Shown here: piece by piece, positions 15,511 to 23,812 of the stretch
How positions within the stretch are numbered: position 1 is the stretch's first letter
Layout of the letters: every line of letters begins with the position of its first letter
The notes under the pieces: generated by a model
The model's database searches: none
Seen by the model: the letters and a program-made list of their open reading frames with translations, nothing else
What the model was told of the DNA's origin: nothing
Program-made: the position numbers and the translations under genes
DNA from: Candidatus Kuenenia stuttgartensis
GTDB taxonomy: Bacteria; Planctomycetota; Brocadiia; Brocadiales; Brocadiaceae
DNA length: 32,000 nt
Direction: 5' to 3'
Assembly (NCBI RefSeq): GCF_900232105.1
Contig: NZ_LT934425.1
Location: 510,001 to 542,000 of the forward strand

Positions 15511-17292
15511 ATGACACTAGATTTTAAAATGTGGTATACATTATCATTGCTTATCATCATGAGCATTCTGCTTATCTTTGATATCATAGAGCTGGAAGTA
15601 TTGTTTTTTTCTATATTACTGCTTTTGCTTATGGGAAAAATAATCACATTAGAGGAGGCGTTCGCGGGATTTTCAAACGTCGGCATGCTCACCATTGCCC
15701 TTTTGTTTGTCATTGCAGGCGCATTAAGCAACACCGGTATGTTAAAGCAAATTAGCCCAATTATATTGGGAAAAGAAAATACCCGTATTAGTCATACATT
15801 ATTAAGACTTTTATTCCCCGTATCAATCATCTCTGCATTTATAAATAATACCCCTGTTGTGGCGATGTTTATCCCAACGATACGTGCGTGGACGGAAAAA
15901 CATCATTACGCTCCCTCTAAATACCTGATTCCGCTTTCTTATGGCGCGATATTGGGTGGGATGTGTACGCTTATCGGCACAAGTACAAATCTGATAATTC
16001 ATGGGTTAATGATTGATTATGGCATGGAAGGATTGGGATTTTTTGAGATTTCAAAGATAGGCATACCTGTCACCATTTTAGGTATTTTATTTATGAGTTT
16101 TTTAGGCCATCGCTTGCTTCCTAACAGAAAAGAGCCATTGATTGAATTAGGTGAACACACCAGGGAATTTGTCATAGAACTGAAAGTTACACAGGAATAT
16201 GAAAACATAGGAAAGACCATAGAAAACGCCGGACTGAGAAGGTTGAAGGGACTCTTCCTTTTTCAAATTGAGAGAAATGGGCGGAGAATCGCTCCTGCAA
16301 AACCGGATGAAAAAATACTATTAGACGACAGATTGTTTTTTACCGGGATTCCAAAGACTATTTTGGAATTGCAGAAGATTCCAGGATTGCAGTTGACGAA
16401 GGATTCACACTTTAATCTCAAACAATATGATTCAGCGGAAATAAGGACATTTGAGTGCGTTGTTTCCCGAGGTTCTCCCTTAGTAGGGAAAACGGTTCGT
16501 GATAGCGATTTTCGTTCTAAGTATGAGGCGGTTATTATTGCAATACACCGGCATGGGGAACGTATTGCAAAAAAAATTGGCGATATTGGTTTGCGTCCGG
16601 GTGATACCCTGTTGCTGCTGGCAGGAAAGAATTTTTATAAAAGGTGGTACCATTCAAAGGATTTTTATCTCATTGCGGTTGCAGAGACATTGCCTTCTAA
16701 ACCTCAGTGGAGGGGATATGTTTCTTTGGGCGTATTTTTTATGATGATTATTTTGACAGTGGCAAATATTCTTCCCCTCTTGTCTGCCGCAGGTTTAGGG
16801 GTTATTATTCTGGTTTTAACCAGAACGGCAAATGCCGGTGAAGCCAGAAGGACGATTGATTGGCGGGTGCTTATAATCATTGCAATGTCCCTGGGAATTG
16901 CAAATGCCGTAAAACAATCCGGCCTTGCGGATGTTTTGGCGCATATAATCGTCAGGATTGGAGATCATTTTGGCGTGCTTGGGGTATTGGCAAGCATTTA
17001 TTTTTTCACAAGCATTTATACATTAGTCATTACGAATAATGCGGCGGCTGCAATGTTGTTTCCGATAGCTGTTTCTGCCGCTTCCGCTATCAATGTAGAC
17101 CAGCGCGGATTTGCCATCGCCATCATGATCGCCGCCTCTGCCAGCTTTGCAACTCCCATTAGTTATCAGACAAATTTGATGGTATATAGTCCTGGTGGTT
17201 ACAGATTCAGGGATTATCTGATGATAGGGGCGCCTTTGCAGCTTGGGATTGGGGCAATAGCGATAGCCTTGATCTATTGTTTTTATTTTTAA
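15511..17292 (+). CDS. SLC13/DASS-family anion transporter with two central TrkA-C (RCK_C) domains
   Basis: 593 aa. Two polytopic halves flank a soluble region of about 180 aa with two repeats (ELKVTQEYENIGKTIENAGLRR...; ECVVSRGSPLVGKTVRDSDFRSKY...). Confidence 0.8.
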   Translation: MTLDFKMWYTLSLLIIMSILLIFDIIELEVLFFSILLLLLMGKIITLEEAFAGFSNVGMLTIALLFVIAGALSNTGMLKQISPIILGKENTRISHTLLRLLFPVSIISAFINNTPVVAMFIPTIRAWTEKHHYAPSKYLIPLSYGAILGGMCTLIGTSTNLIIHGLMIDYGMEGLGFFEISKIGIPVTILGILFMSFLGHRLLPNRKEPLIELGEHTREFVIELKVTQEYENIGKTIENAGLRRLKGLFLFQIERNGRRIAPAKPDEKILLDDRLFFTGIPKTILELQKIPGLQLTKDSHFNLKQYDSAEIRTFECVVSRGSPLVGKTVRDSDFRSKYEAVIIAIHRHGERIAKKIGDIGLRPGDTLLLLAGKNFYKRWYHSKDFYLIAVAETLPSKPQWRGYVSLGVFFMMIILTVANILPLLSAAGLGVIILVLTRTANAGEARRTIDWRVLIIIAMSLGIANAVKQSGLADVLAHIIVRIGDHFGVLGVLASIYFFTSIYTLVITNNAAAAMLFPIAVSAASAINVDQRGFAIAIMIAASASFATPISYQTNLMVYSPGGYRFRDYLMIGAPLQLGIGAIAIALIYCFYF

Positions 17293-17319
17293 ATGAACCC
17301 GCGATACTGTTCGATGGCC

Positions 17320-17355
17320 AATTGTTTTTTTGCCGGCATGCCAAAAACAATTTTA
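17320..17355 (+). terminator. Possible rho-independent terminator after the transporter gene
   Basis: AATTGTTTTT (17320-17329) pairs with AAAAACAATT (17343-17352) and TTTATT follows. The stem is AT-rich and therefore weak. Confidence 0.3.
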
Positions 17356-17557
17356 TTACATCATTACTTTGTTAAAATAATATGCAAAACAACCTTAATT
17401 CCCTCTATTTAAAAGGATTTATGCTTTGAAAAATCCTTGATTAATACCATACAATAAGTAGGATGCCGAACGCAAAGGCATACAAAATATATCACTTTAT
17501 GAACGGTTTCAGTGGTTTTTAACAAAGTAATGTTACATTATCAATATTTTTTTGTTT

Positions 17558-17636
17558 TTTTGGCAAAATATTTAATTATGAACTCCGATAATTGTAAAAC
17601 ACGAAACAAATTCTAATGACAAAATGATTTGAAATT
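17558..17636 (+). repeat. Repeat family R1, copy 2
   Basis: Aligns with the reverse complement of 11622-11702. Confidence 0.8.
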
Positions 17637-17757
17637 CGAAAGGAATCTGTGTGTATAAGTTGCCAAATGCCTGTTTGTTTTTTCCTATTGTATTTTAACT
17701 ACCATAAATTATAATGAAACCGCTGTGGCTTGCTAGTCACAAAACTAGCGTGGAATC

Positions 17758-17812
17758 TGTACTAGTATCCATCAACTTCTTGTTTTTAATGCTAGTTTTT
17801 CAAAATGCATAA
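17758..17812 (+). mobile_element. Solo remnant (~55 bp) of the left end of the 30006-31655 element
   Basis: ctGTACTAgTATCCATCAAcTTCTTGTTTTTaatGCtaGTTTTTCA aligns with 30004-30053 (ccGTACTAcTATCCATCAAtTTCTTGTTTTTtatGCgtGTTTTTCA). Confidence 0.65.
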
Positions 17813-17873
17813 TCGTAAGACATTGATTAGATGAGGTTTCCGTAAAGTTTGTAGCGTTGGTTTTTTTGTCATT

Positions 17874-17923
17874 TGAATTTGTTTCGTATTTCGTGATTGT
17901 TTGGTTCTGGTTATGCCAGCTTA
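17874..17923 (+). repeat. Repeat family R2, copy 2 (short form)
   Basis: TGAATTTGTTTCGTATTTCGTGATTGTTTGGTTCTGGTTATGCCAGCTTA. Confidence 0.8.
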
Positions 17924-18032
17924 GCTTGTAATGCCCGGCAAAGCAGGGAATTTTCAGTGTCACTCTTCTGCCGGAACAACAATTACAGTTGATAACCTAC
18001 GGGATTGCCTCTTTTTTTCTATCATTTATCGT

Positions 18033-19295
18033 ATGTCTTTTCCTGTCTTGAAAGATACCATTAAAAATATTCTCTCCGTTTTTATAGTTATTTGCCTGAC
18101 AACATTTTTTTCCGCTATAGAACTGTATGCGGAGTTGCCTTCATTTCTCATTCCTCCAAAAGAGTTTTCAGCCTTTGACACACCAAACGACGCCGGAGAG
18201 ACGGTGTCACTCACATGGGAAGCTTCTCCCAGCGACTGTGCAGATGTTTTTTATGTAATTTATGCGGATAAAGAAAAAAATGGTTCCTTTGAAAGGGAAG
18301 CGTTGCATATTCAATCAAATACTTGTTATCGAAAAGGTGTACCTGAAATTTATGGCTACAAGGAAGACAACGGGAATTATCACTATGTGCAGATAAATCC
18401 GCGAAAGGTTTTTAACGAGGAGACCTTGGGAAAAAGGCAGCATTTTTATTTTAAACTTGCTGTAATTTCAGGGGAGGAAAAGGTTTTTTCAGAAAGCATT
18501 GCTTTCGCCACGCCACGCGGAAACTGGCTGGACATGAAAAAGATCAATAATTTTGCTATTATGATTGTTTTTTCCGCCATTGTCCTCTATTTCATCCTGC
18601 ATGCCAGACGGAATCCCGACATGTTTTTGAGGAAGATAGGAGGGCTTGATGCGGTTGATGAAGCCCTGGGACGCGCCACGGAAATGGGTAAACCGGTGCT
18701 TTTTGTGCATGGCTTGACGCCAATGGGTACAATATCAACGATTGCGTCCACCAATATTCTGGGCAGGATTGCCCGCAAAATTGCTGACTACGATGCTACC
18801 CTCAAAGTGGTGAATAGTGACCCGATCGTCATGTCCGTTAGTCAGGAAGTGGTAAAGGAATCTTATCTTGAAGCAGGAAGGCCTGATGCTTACAATCAGG
18901 ATAACGTATTCCTCGTTGCCGCTGAACAATTTCCTTATGTGGCAGCAGTGAGCGGTATCATGACGCGCGAAAGGCCTGCAGCCAATTTTTTTATGGGATA
19001 CTTCTACGCAGAGGCTTTGCTTTTAGCCGAAACAGGCGCATCCACAGGGGCAATACAAATTGCCGGCACTGACGCATATACGCAGTTGCCGTTTTTTATC
19101 ACTACGTGTGACTATACATTGATAGGAGAAGAACTTTACGCTGCAAGCGCTTATTTATCAAGGGAACCAATGCTTATGGGTACGCTCAGGGCGCAGGATG
19201 TAGGGAAAGGGCTTCTCATTATTATATTACTCATAGGTACTGCGCTTGCCAGTTTCGGGCTTACGTTTATTACGCATTTGTTTGAGGCTTTTTGA
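18033..19295 (+). CDS. Uncharacterised membrane protein: signal/TM, Ig/FN3-like ectodomain, TM, ~200-aa cytoplasmic domain, C-terminal TM
   Basis: I start it at ATG 18033 (MSFPVLKDTIKNILSVFIVICLTTFF), because the upstream part of the ORF overlaps repeats. I recognise no enzymatic motif. The layout resembles proteins I recall as DUF6754, but that is unverified. Confidence 0.6.
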   Translation: MSFPVLKDTIKNILSVFIVICLTTFFSAIELYAELPSFLIPPKEFSAFDTPNDAGETVSLTWEASPSDCADVFYVIYADKEKNGSFEREALHIQSNTCYRKGVPEIYGYKEDNGNYHYVQINPRKVFNEETLGKRQHFYFKLAVISGEEKVFSESIAFATPRGNWLDMKKINNFAIMIVFSAIVLYFILHARRNPDMFLRKIGGLDAVDEALGRATEMGKPVLFVHGLTPMGTISTIASTNILGRIARKIADYDATLKVVNSDPIVMSVSQEVVKESYLEAGRPDAYNQDNVFLVAAEQFPYVAAVSGIMTRERPAANFFMGYFYAEALLLAETGASTGAIQIAGTDAYTQLPFFITTCDYTLIGEELYAASAYLSREPMLMGTLRAQDVGKGLLIIILLIGTALASFGLTFITHLFEAF

Positions 19296-19333
19296 TCAGG
19301 ATTGCTTGATCAAAAACAATTATATAAATTTTA

Positions 19334-19632
19334 GTAACACTTTAGTCTTTTGAAAAATTCCCGTTATAGAAAAAATACCATGTAGCCCCGTCAGGGGCGG
19401 TCTGTTTGTAGCGCAATAAAATTCAATAAGGTAAATAGCTCCGTAGGAGCGGCCTGTCCGTATTCAGGCAGACCTGTTTAATATGGATTTACAAGAGACA
19501 GGTCGCTCCTAATTGCAGAGACAGGTTTCAAAACCTGTCTCTACGATCTTTTATAATATTCTATTTTGCTACAAACAGGCTGCTCCTACGGAGCTTATAT
19601 GTAATACATTTTTCAAAAAACTAAAGTGCTAC
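19334..19632. mobile_element. MITE-like palindromic element (~300 bp), family TIR GTAACACTTTAGTCTTTTGAAAAA
   Basis: The left end is GTAACACTTTAGTCTTTTGAAAAATT and the right end is ATTTTTCAAAAAACTAAAGTGCTAC. Internal arms are TAGCTCCGTAGGAGCGGCCTGT / ACAGGCTGCTCCTACGGAGCTTA, and the central perfect hairpin is AGAGACAGGTTTcaAAACCTGTCTCT. A second copy lies at 31785-31992. Confidence 0.7.
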
Positions 19633-19814
19633 AAATTTCATAATATTTTGGTTTTTTGAAAAATTCCAATAATAGCAGTGTTTGCCGCATAGTGTGTAGA
19701 GATGAAGCATTTGCATGTTTGAGCATAAACGCATGTATGCACGTTCTCGCAAATGCTTCGCCCCTACGGTTTCATAGAACTAAAGTATTGTAACACTTTC
19801 GTTCTATGAAAAAA

Positions 19815-20026
19815 AACGCTCGTTCCCAAGCTCCGGCTTGGAAACGGGATTGTTTTGAGAAGCTCCAGCTTCGAATGGAAAAGATAATGGGCCCATGTCA
19901 GCTTGTACTTTTCAGTATGTTATCAAGATATTTGGAGTCCTATTTTGAGCCGAATAATTCTTGCTAAATGGAAGCGAGAGCTTCCAATACCATTGCGTTC
20001 CCAAGCCGGAGCTTGGGAACGAGCAT
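19815..20026. repeat. ~210-bp palindromic element with ~60-bp composite arms
   Basis: GCTCGTTCCCAAGCTCCGGCTTGGAAACG...GAGAAGCTCCAGCTTCGAATGG (19815-19880) is the imperfect inverse of CCATT...GGAAGCGAGAGCTTCC...GCGTTCCCAAGCCGGAGCTTGGGAACGAGC (19965-20026). Confidence 0.65.
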
Positions 20027-20061
20027 TTTTGTTTACGTTTTTTTTCATTGGGATTTTGTAT

Positions 20062-20147
20062 TTTGGAATTTGTTTCGTATTTCGTGCTTCGTGCTTTGTA
20101 TTTTGTATTTTTTATCTCGTGCTTGTTTGGTTTTGGCTATGCCAGTC
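20062..20147 (+). repeat. Repeat family R2, copy 3 (long form)
   Basis: TTTGGAATTTGTTTCGTATTTCGTGCTTCGTGCTTTGTATTTTGTATTTTTTATCTCGTGCTTGTTTGGTTTTGGCTATGCCAGTCT. It ends ~25 bp before the ATG at 20173. Confidence 0.8.
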
Positions 20148-20172
20148 TGGGTTTTATAAAGGATGTTTTATT

Positions 20173-20379
20173 ATGATTACCGACACTGAAATACGGATAA
20201 AGGGAATAAAGGCACTTACAGAATCTCTTGGTGATGTTGAAGCGGATCGTTTTATTTCTCTTATTCAAAGAAAACTATTTGATTATACAAAATGGCGTCA
20301 AGGCATGGATGAAGAATCATCAATAGAGGAAATCAGCAAAAGGGCAATGGCTGTTAGTAATAAAAATACCAGGCAATAG
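20173..20379 (+). CDS. Small (68 aa) hypothetical soluble protein
   Basis: MITDTEIRIKGIKALTESLGDVEADRFISLIQRKLFDYTKWRQG.... The rest of the 158-aa ORF in the track is a translated repeat. It resembles small antitoxin-sized proteins, but I cannot name a family. Confidence 0.5.
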   Translation: MITDTEIRIKGIKALTESLGDVEADRFISLIQRKLFDYTKWRQGMDEESSIEEISKRAMAVSNKNTRQ

Positions 20380-20443
20380 AACCTATTTGTTACAAATAAA
20401 CGTAATTTTTTAGAACGGCTTTTGTTTTAGCAGGCAATTATTT

Positions 20444-21097
20444 ATGAATCTTTTAAAACGAACAATTCCACTTATCATTGCCTTTGTTATGGGCGTACTT
20501 ATGGCAATACAATATTACGTCCCCCACAAACTCTCGCAAAATCTGCTTGAAGTTGTAACACGATGGGACAGGATTATCGCCGGTTTTGCCGTGTTTATTG
20601 GCGCATACAGCTTATTCCATCTGCATTGGGCAAGGATCAGGAGAAAAGTCGAAGGGTGGGGATACAGTGTCTTTGTCTTTTTTGGGGCAGCAATTACTAT
20701 TACATTCGGACTCCTGAATGGAGGAAAATTTTTCTGGCATAATAAACAGGATGGGACGATGCTGGATTGGATATACTATTATGTGCAGGTGCCTGCCGGG
20801 GCGACAATTTTTTCCATTCTGGCATTTTTTATTGCTTCTGCTGCATACAGAACCTTTCGTGCGCGTACAAGAGAGTCTGCTGTGCTGCTCATTGCAGCAA
20901 TTGTTGTTATGCTGGGGCGTGTTCCCATCGGAAATTATATTTCTCATTACATACCGGCAGTCGCCGATTGGATCATGGCAGTTCCAAACCTTGCCGCAAA
21001 AAGAGGTATTCTGCTGGGGGTAAGCTTTGGGGCTATTGCTACTTCAATAAAGATAATTTTTGGCATCGAGCGGTCTTATCTTGGCGGAGGGGATTAG
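20444..21097 (+). CDS. Uncharacterised polytopic membrane protein (217 aa, ~6 TM)
   Basis: Clean ORF with hydrophobic segments throughout. Its stop overlaps the next start (TAGTG). Confidence 0.7.
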   Translation: MNLLKRTIPLIIAFVMGVLMAIQYYVPHKLSQNLLEVVTRWDRIIAGFAVFIGAYSLFHLHWARIRRKVEGWGYSVFVFFGAAITITFGLLNGGKFFWHNKQDGTMLDWIYYYVQVPAGATIFSILAFFIASAAYRTFRARTRESAVLLIAAIVVMLGRVPIGNYISHYIPAVADWIMAVPNLAAKRGILLGVSFGAIATSIKIIFGIERSYLGGGD

Positions 21098-21912
21098 TGG
21101 AAAGATTATTGCATATCGACCGCCGTATCATTTTTGCAATTATTACGGTTGCAGTCATTGTCTCTCTTATTTTACGATTTGAACTGCCAATACCCGCCTC
21201 AATACCGGTTCAGGGAGTATACAACAAGGTGGAATCCCTTCCTGAAGGGTCGCATGTTCTTATATCATTTGATTATGACCCTTCTTCAAAGGAAGAACTG
21301 CAACCAATGGCAATTGCCTTTCTCCATCACTGTTTTCAAAGGAATTTAAAGGTTATAGGGATGACACATTATCCTGGGTCTCCGGGTCTGGCAGAGCGGG
21401 CAATTGTATCCGTAGCGGAGCAGTATCAGAAAGTAAACGGTAAAGATTATGTATTTCTCGGCTTTAAACCCGGTTCTGCATCACTTATTATAAATATGGG
21501 AGAGAATTTATATTCCGCCTTTCCAAAGGACTATTATGGGAATGATACTTCTACTTTACCGATATTGCAGGAAGTTGAGTCGTTGAGGGATATTGAATTA
21601 TTGTTTGACCTTGCTGCCGGCACAACAATAGAACTTTGGATTGTTTACGGAAAGGAAAAATATAAATTTGAACTCGGCGCCGGCTGTACGGCCGTAATGG
21701 GACCTGATATGTATCCTTTTCTCCAGTCAAAGCAGTTGGTAGGATTGCTCGGGGGGTTAAAAGGTGCGGCAGAATATGAAGCGTTGGTAGGAAAAGAGGC
21801 AAACGCGGTGAGCGGAATGAGGCCGCAAAGTGTTGTGCACGTAATAATCATTTTATTTGTCATATTTGGAAATGTTATTTATTTTGCCTCCGGAAAGGCA
21901 CGGCATGCGTAA
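21097..21912 (+). CDS. Uncharacterised bitopic protein: N-terminal TM, ~210-aa soluble domain, C-terminal TM
   Basis: The GTG at 21097 overlaps the upstream stop by 1 nt. The track ORF 20767..21912 extends implausibly into the preceding gene. The soluble domain is loosely similar to the cytoplasmic domain of the 18033..19295 product. Confidence 0.6.
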   Translation: MERLLHIDRRIIFAIITVAVIVSLILRFELPIPASIPVQGVYNKVESLPEGSHVLISFDYDPSSKEELQPMAIAFLHHCFQRNLKVIGMTHYPGSPGLAERAIVSVAEQYQKVNGKDYVFLGFKPGSASLIINMGENLYSAFPKDYYGNDTSTLPILQEVESLRDIELLFDLAAGTTIELWIVYGKEKYKFELGAGCTAVMGPDMYPFLQSKQLVGLLGGLKGAAEYEALVGKEANAVSGMRPQSVVHVIIILFVIFGNVIYFASGKARHA

Positions 21913-22654
21913 AGATTCTAATTATTATATCCTTGTAGGCTCTATTATCCTGTTTATCATTGTAAATATTGTATTAATGACATCGGGAAAGCTGCCTTTC
22001 TCTTCAGATGGATTTGGTATTATTTTAGGGGCGGGGATAACCCTGGCAATATACAGCTTCCTTTATCGGGACAATCCTGCGTTTAAGATTACCGAAAATC
22101 TTTATGTTGGCGTCTCATTGGGTTATACCATAATCATAACGTGGTATAATTTTTTAAAACCCGATTTATATGACCCGCTTATTGTGCCGTTGTTTTCTGC
22201 CGCAGCGGAAAAGGCTCCGCAGTATTCATTAATCATTCCATCTATGCTGGGAGTCTTTATGCTCCTGAGATTTTCAAGGCGATTATCATGGTTAAGCCGT
22301 TGGACATTTGCATTTGTGGTTGGACTCGGTGCGGGCGTAAGTATCCCAAGGGTGATTTCCGCCTTCATCCTTGAACAAATAAAACCTTCCCTACACCCGG
22401 TATTTTCCGGAGGAGAAACCGTATTCTCCAGCATTAACACATTACTCATCCTGCTTGGGGTTATTTCTGTTCTTATTTATTTTATCTTTTCAGTAGAACA
22501 TAAGGGTTCGATTGGGACAATCTCCAAAATAGGGATATGGTTTCTTATGATTTCTTTCGGCGCATCTTTTGGATACACTGTTATGGGGAGGTTATCGCTG
22601 CTTATCGGAAGGATTCAATTTTTACTAAAAGACTGGCTTGGCGTTTTGCAGTAA
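21905..22654 (+). CDS. Uncharacterised polytopic membrane protein (249 aa)
   Basis: The ATG at 21905 overlaps the upstream gene by 8 nt (ATGCGTAA). There are 7-8 hydrophobic segments. Confidence 0.65.
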   Translation: MRKDSNYYILVGSIILFIIVNIVLMTSGKLPFSSDGFGIILGAGITLAIYSFLYRDNPAFKITENLYVGVSLGYTIIITWYNFLKPDLYDPLIVPLFSAAAEKAPQYSLIIPSMLGVFMLLRFSRRLSWLSRWTFAFVVGLGAGVSIPRVISAFILEQIKPSLHPVFSGGETVFSSINTLLILLGVISVLIYFIFSVEHKGSIGTISKIGIWFLMISFGASFGYTVMGRLSLLIGRIQFLLKDWLGVLQ

Positions 22655-22724
22655 AAAATATGCGGCACTGGCGCGTAACAATGCCCCGTACTTGTAGTAG
22701 CGCATTTTATAACAGGGGAAAACT

Positions 22725-23450
22725 ATGGGGTTCAAATCATTGCTGGGTATCAAGAAACACCAGTGGAAAAAAACAGTTAATAAATATATTGTTAAAACAA
22801 AAACAGCGTTTCCCCGGTATCCCTGGGATGACTTTTACCGGATAACGGAATATTTCTAGGGACTGGGACTGTCTTCACTGCCCGAACGCACCTTCTTGTT
22901 TCGTCTGTGGCACTATCTCCAGGCAAATGCAAAAATTGTTGAGATTGGCAGTTGGATTGGTGAGTCGTCCTGTCTCCTGGCGTCGGGGCTAAAAGGTGAG
23001 GATGCAAAATTATATGCCATTGACAACTTCAAAGGGCAGGCAAGCGACCCTGCAGCCAGAATGAGGTATCAAGAGAGAATGTCCCGGTTGAAAATAAACA
23101 ACACGAAGGAAATATTTGACAAAAATATTGCCCATTTTAAGCTATTATCGAAGGTCGAATCGATTGCTGCCGATTCTCTGGAGGCTGTAAAGTCGTTTCG
23201 GGAACCACTCCATTCAATAGACCTTTTGTTTATTGACGGCGACCATTCGGAAGATGCAACAAGAAAAGACATTACGACGTGGATGCCGTTTCTGAAACAT
23301 GGAGGAACTGTTGTTTTTCATGATTTTTCTTCTAACCACGGCGTTCCGCAGGCCATCTGGTGGGCGATACAACAATCATATTTTTCCGGACTCGTGGGCA
23401 TCTACGGGACGATGATCGCCTTTAGATCCAGCGAAAGCCTTGAGAAATGA
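22725..23450 (+). pseudogene. Class I SAM-dependent methyltransferase (Methyltransf_24-like) interrupted by an in-frame TAG at 22857-22859
   Basis: The ATG at 22725 (GGGGA SD) opens a 44-codon ORF that stops at TAG and continues in the same frame into the methyltransferase core (IVEIGSWIGESS; LLFIDGDHSEDA; HGGTVVFHDF). The only downstream start is TTG 22896, inside the conserved N-terminal helix. Confidence 0.6.
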
Positions 23451-23812
23451 GTCTGAGAACCAGCCCTCTCGTGAGGCAAAAGCTTCGGGACTGATAAGAA
23501 GAGATTGAAACGATGGATTTCACAGGTGCTTGCTTTTGTTGAGTATACTGCATCGAGCTTGAGTTGTTTAAGTTTTGTGAACGGAAAAAAATTATACTAC
23601 TTAGCGGCAATTCTTTTTAATCCCTACCTCAAACCATTTGGGCTAATTTTGGAGACACCATACTTAATTCTGCAGATTCTCTCGTTCCCATGCTCCAGAT
23701 TGGGAATGTGCCTGTGCCATGTGGTAAATGCATGGACACATCCCTTATTTTCTCACCAAATCAAGCAAGTAATATGGGGTGTGTCCCTAATTCTCTCTAA
23801 TTCTCTGAGGCA

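Noticed and set aside
17558-17580. TTGGCAAAATATTTAAT in repeat R1 as a sigma-54 (-24/-12) promoter
   Set aside because: The GG is present, but there is no properly spaced TGC(A/T) -12 element. The match is too weak.
19903-20172. N-terminal 90 residues of ORF 19903..20379, and ORFs 19961..20176 and 19968..20159
   Set aside because: They translate the palindromic and R2 repeats (e.g. FVFRASCFVFCIFYLVLVWFWLCQ). The same pseudo-peptide appears wherever R2 occurs (10830..11573, 17931..). The credible gene starts at 20173.
20767-21096. The 381-aa version of ORF 20767..21912, and ORFs 20612..20947 (-) and 20718..21023 (+)
   Set aside because: They fully overlap the well-formed membrane-protein gene 20444..21097 in other frames. 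The GTG at 21097, overlapping the upstream stop, gives a sensible N-terminal TM start.
22857-22859. TAG decoded as pyrrolysine in the methyltransferase
   Set aside because: There is no pyl gene or PYLIS-like context in the window, and this gene family is not a known Pyl user. A nonsense mutation or downstream TTG initiation is more likely.
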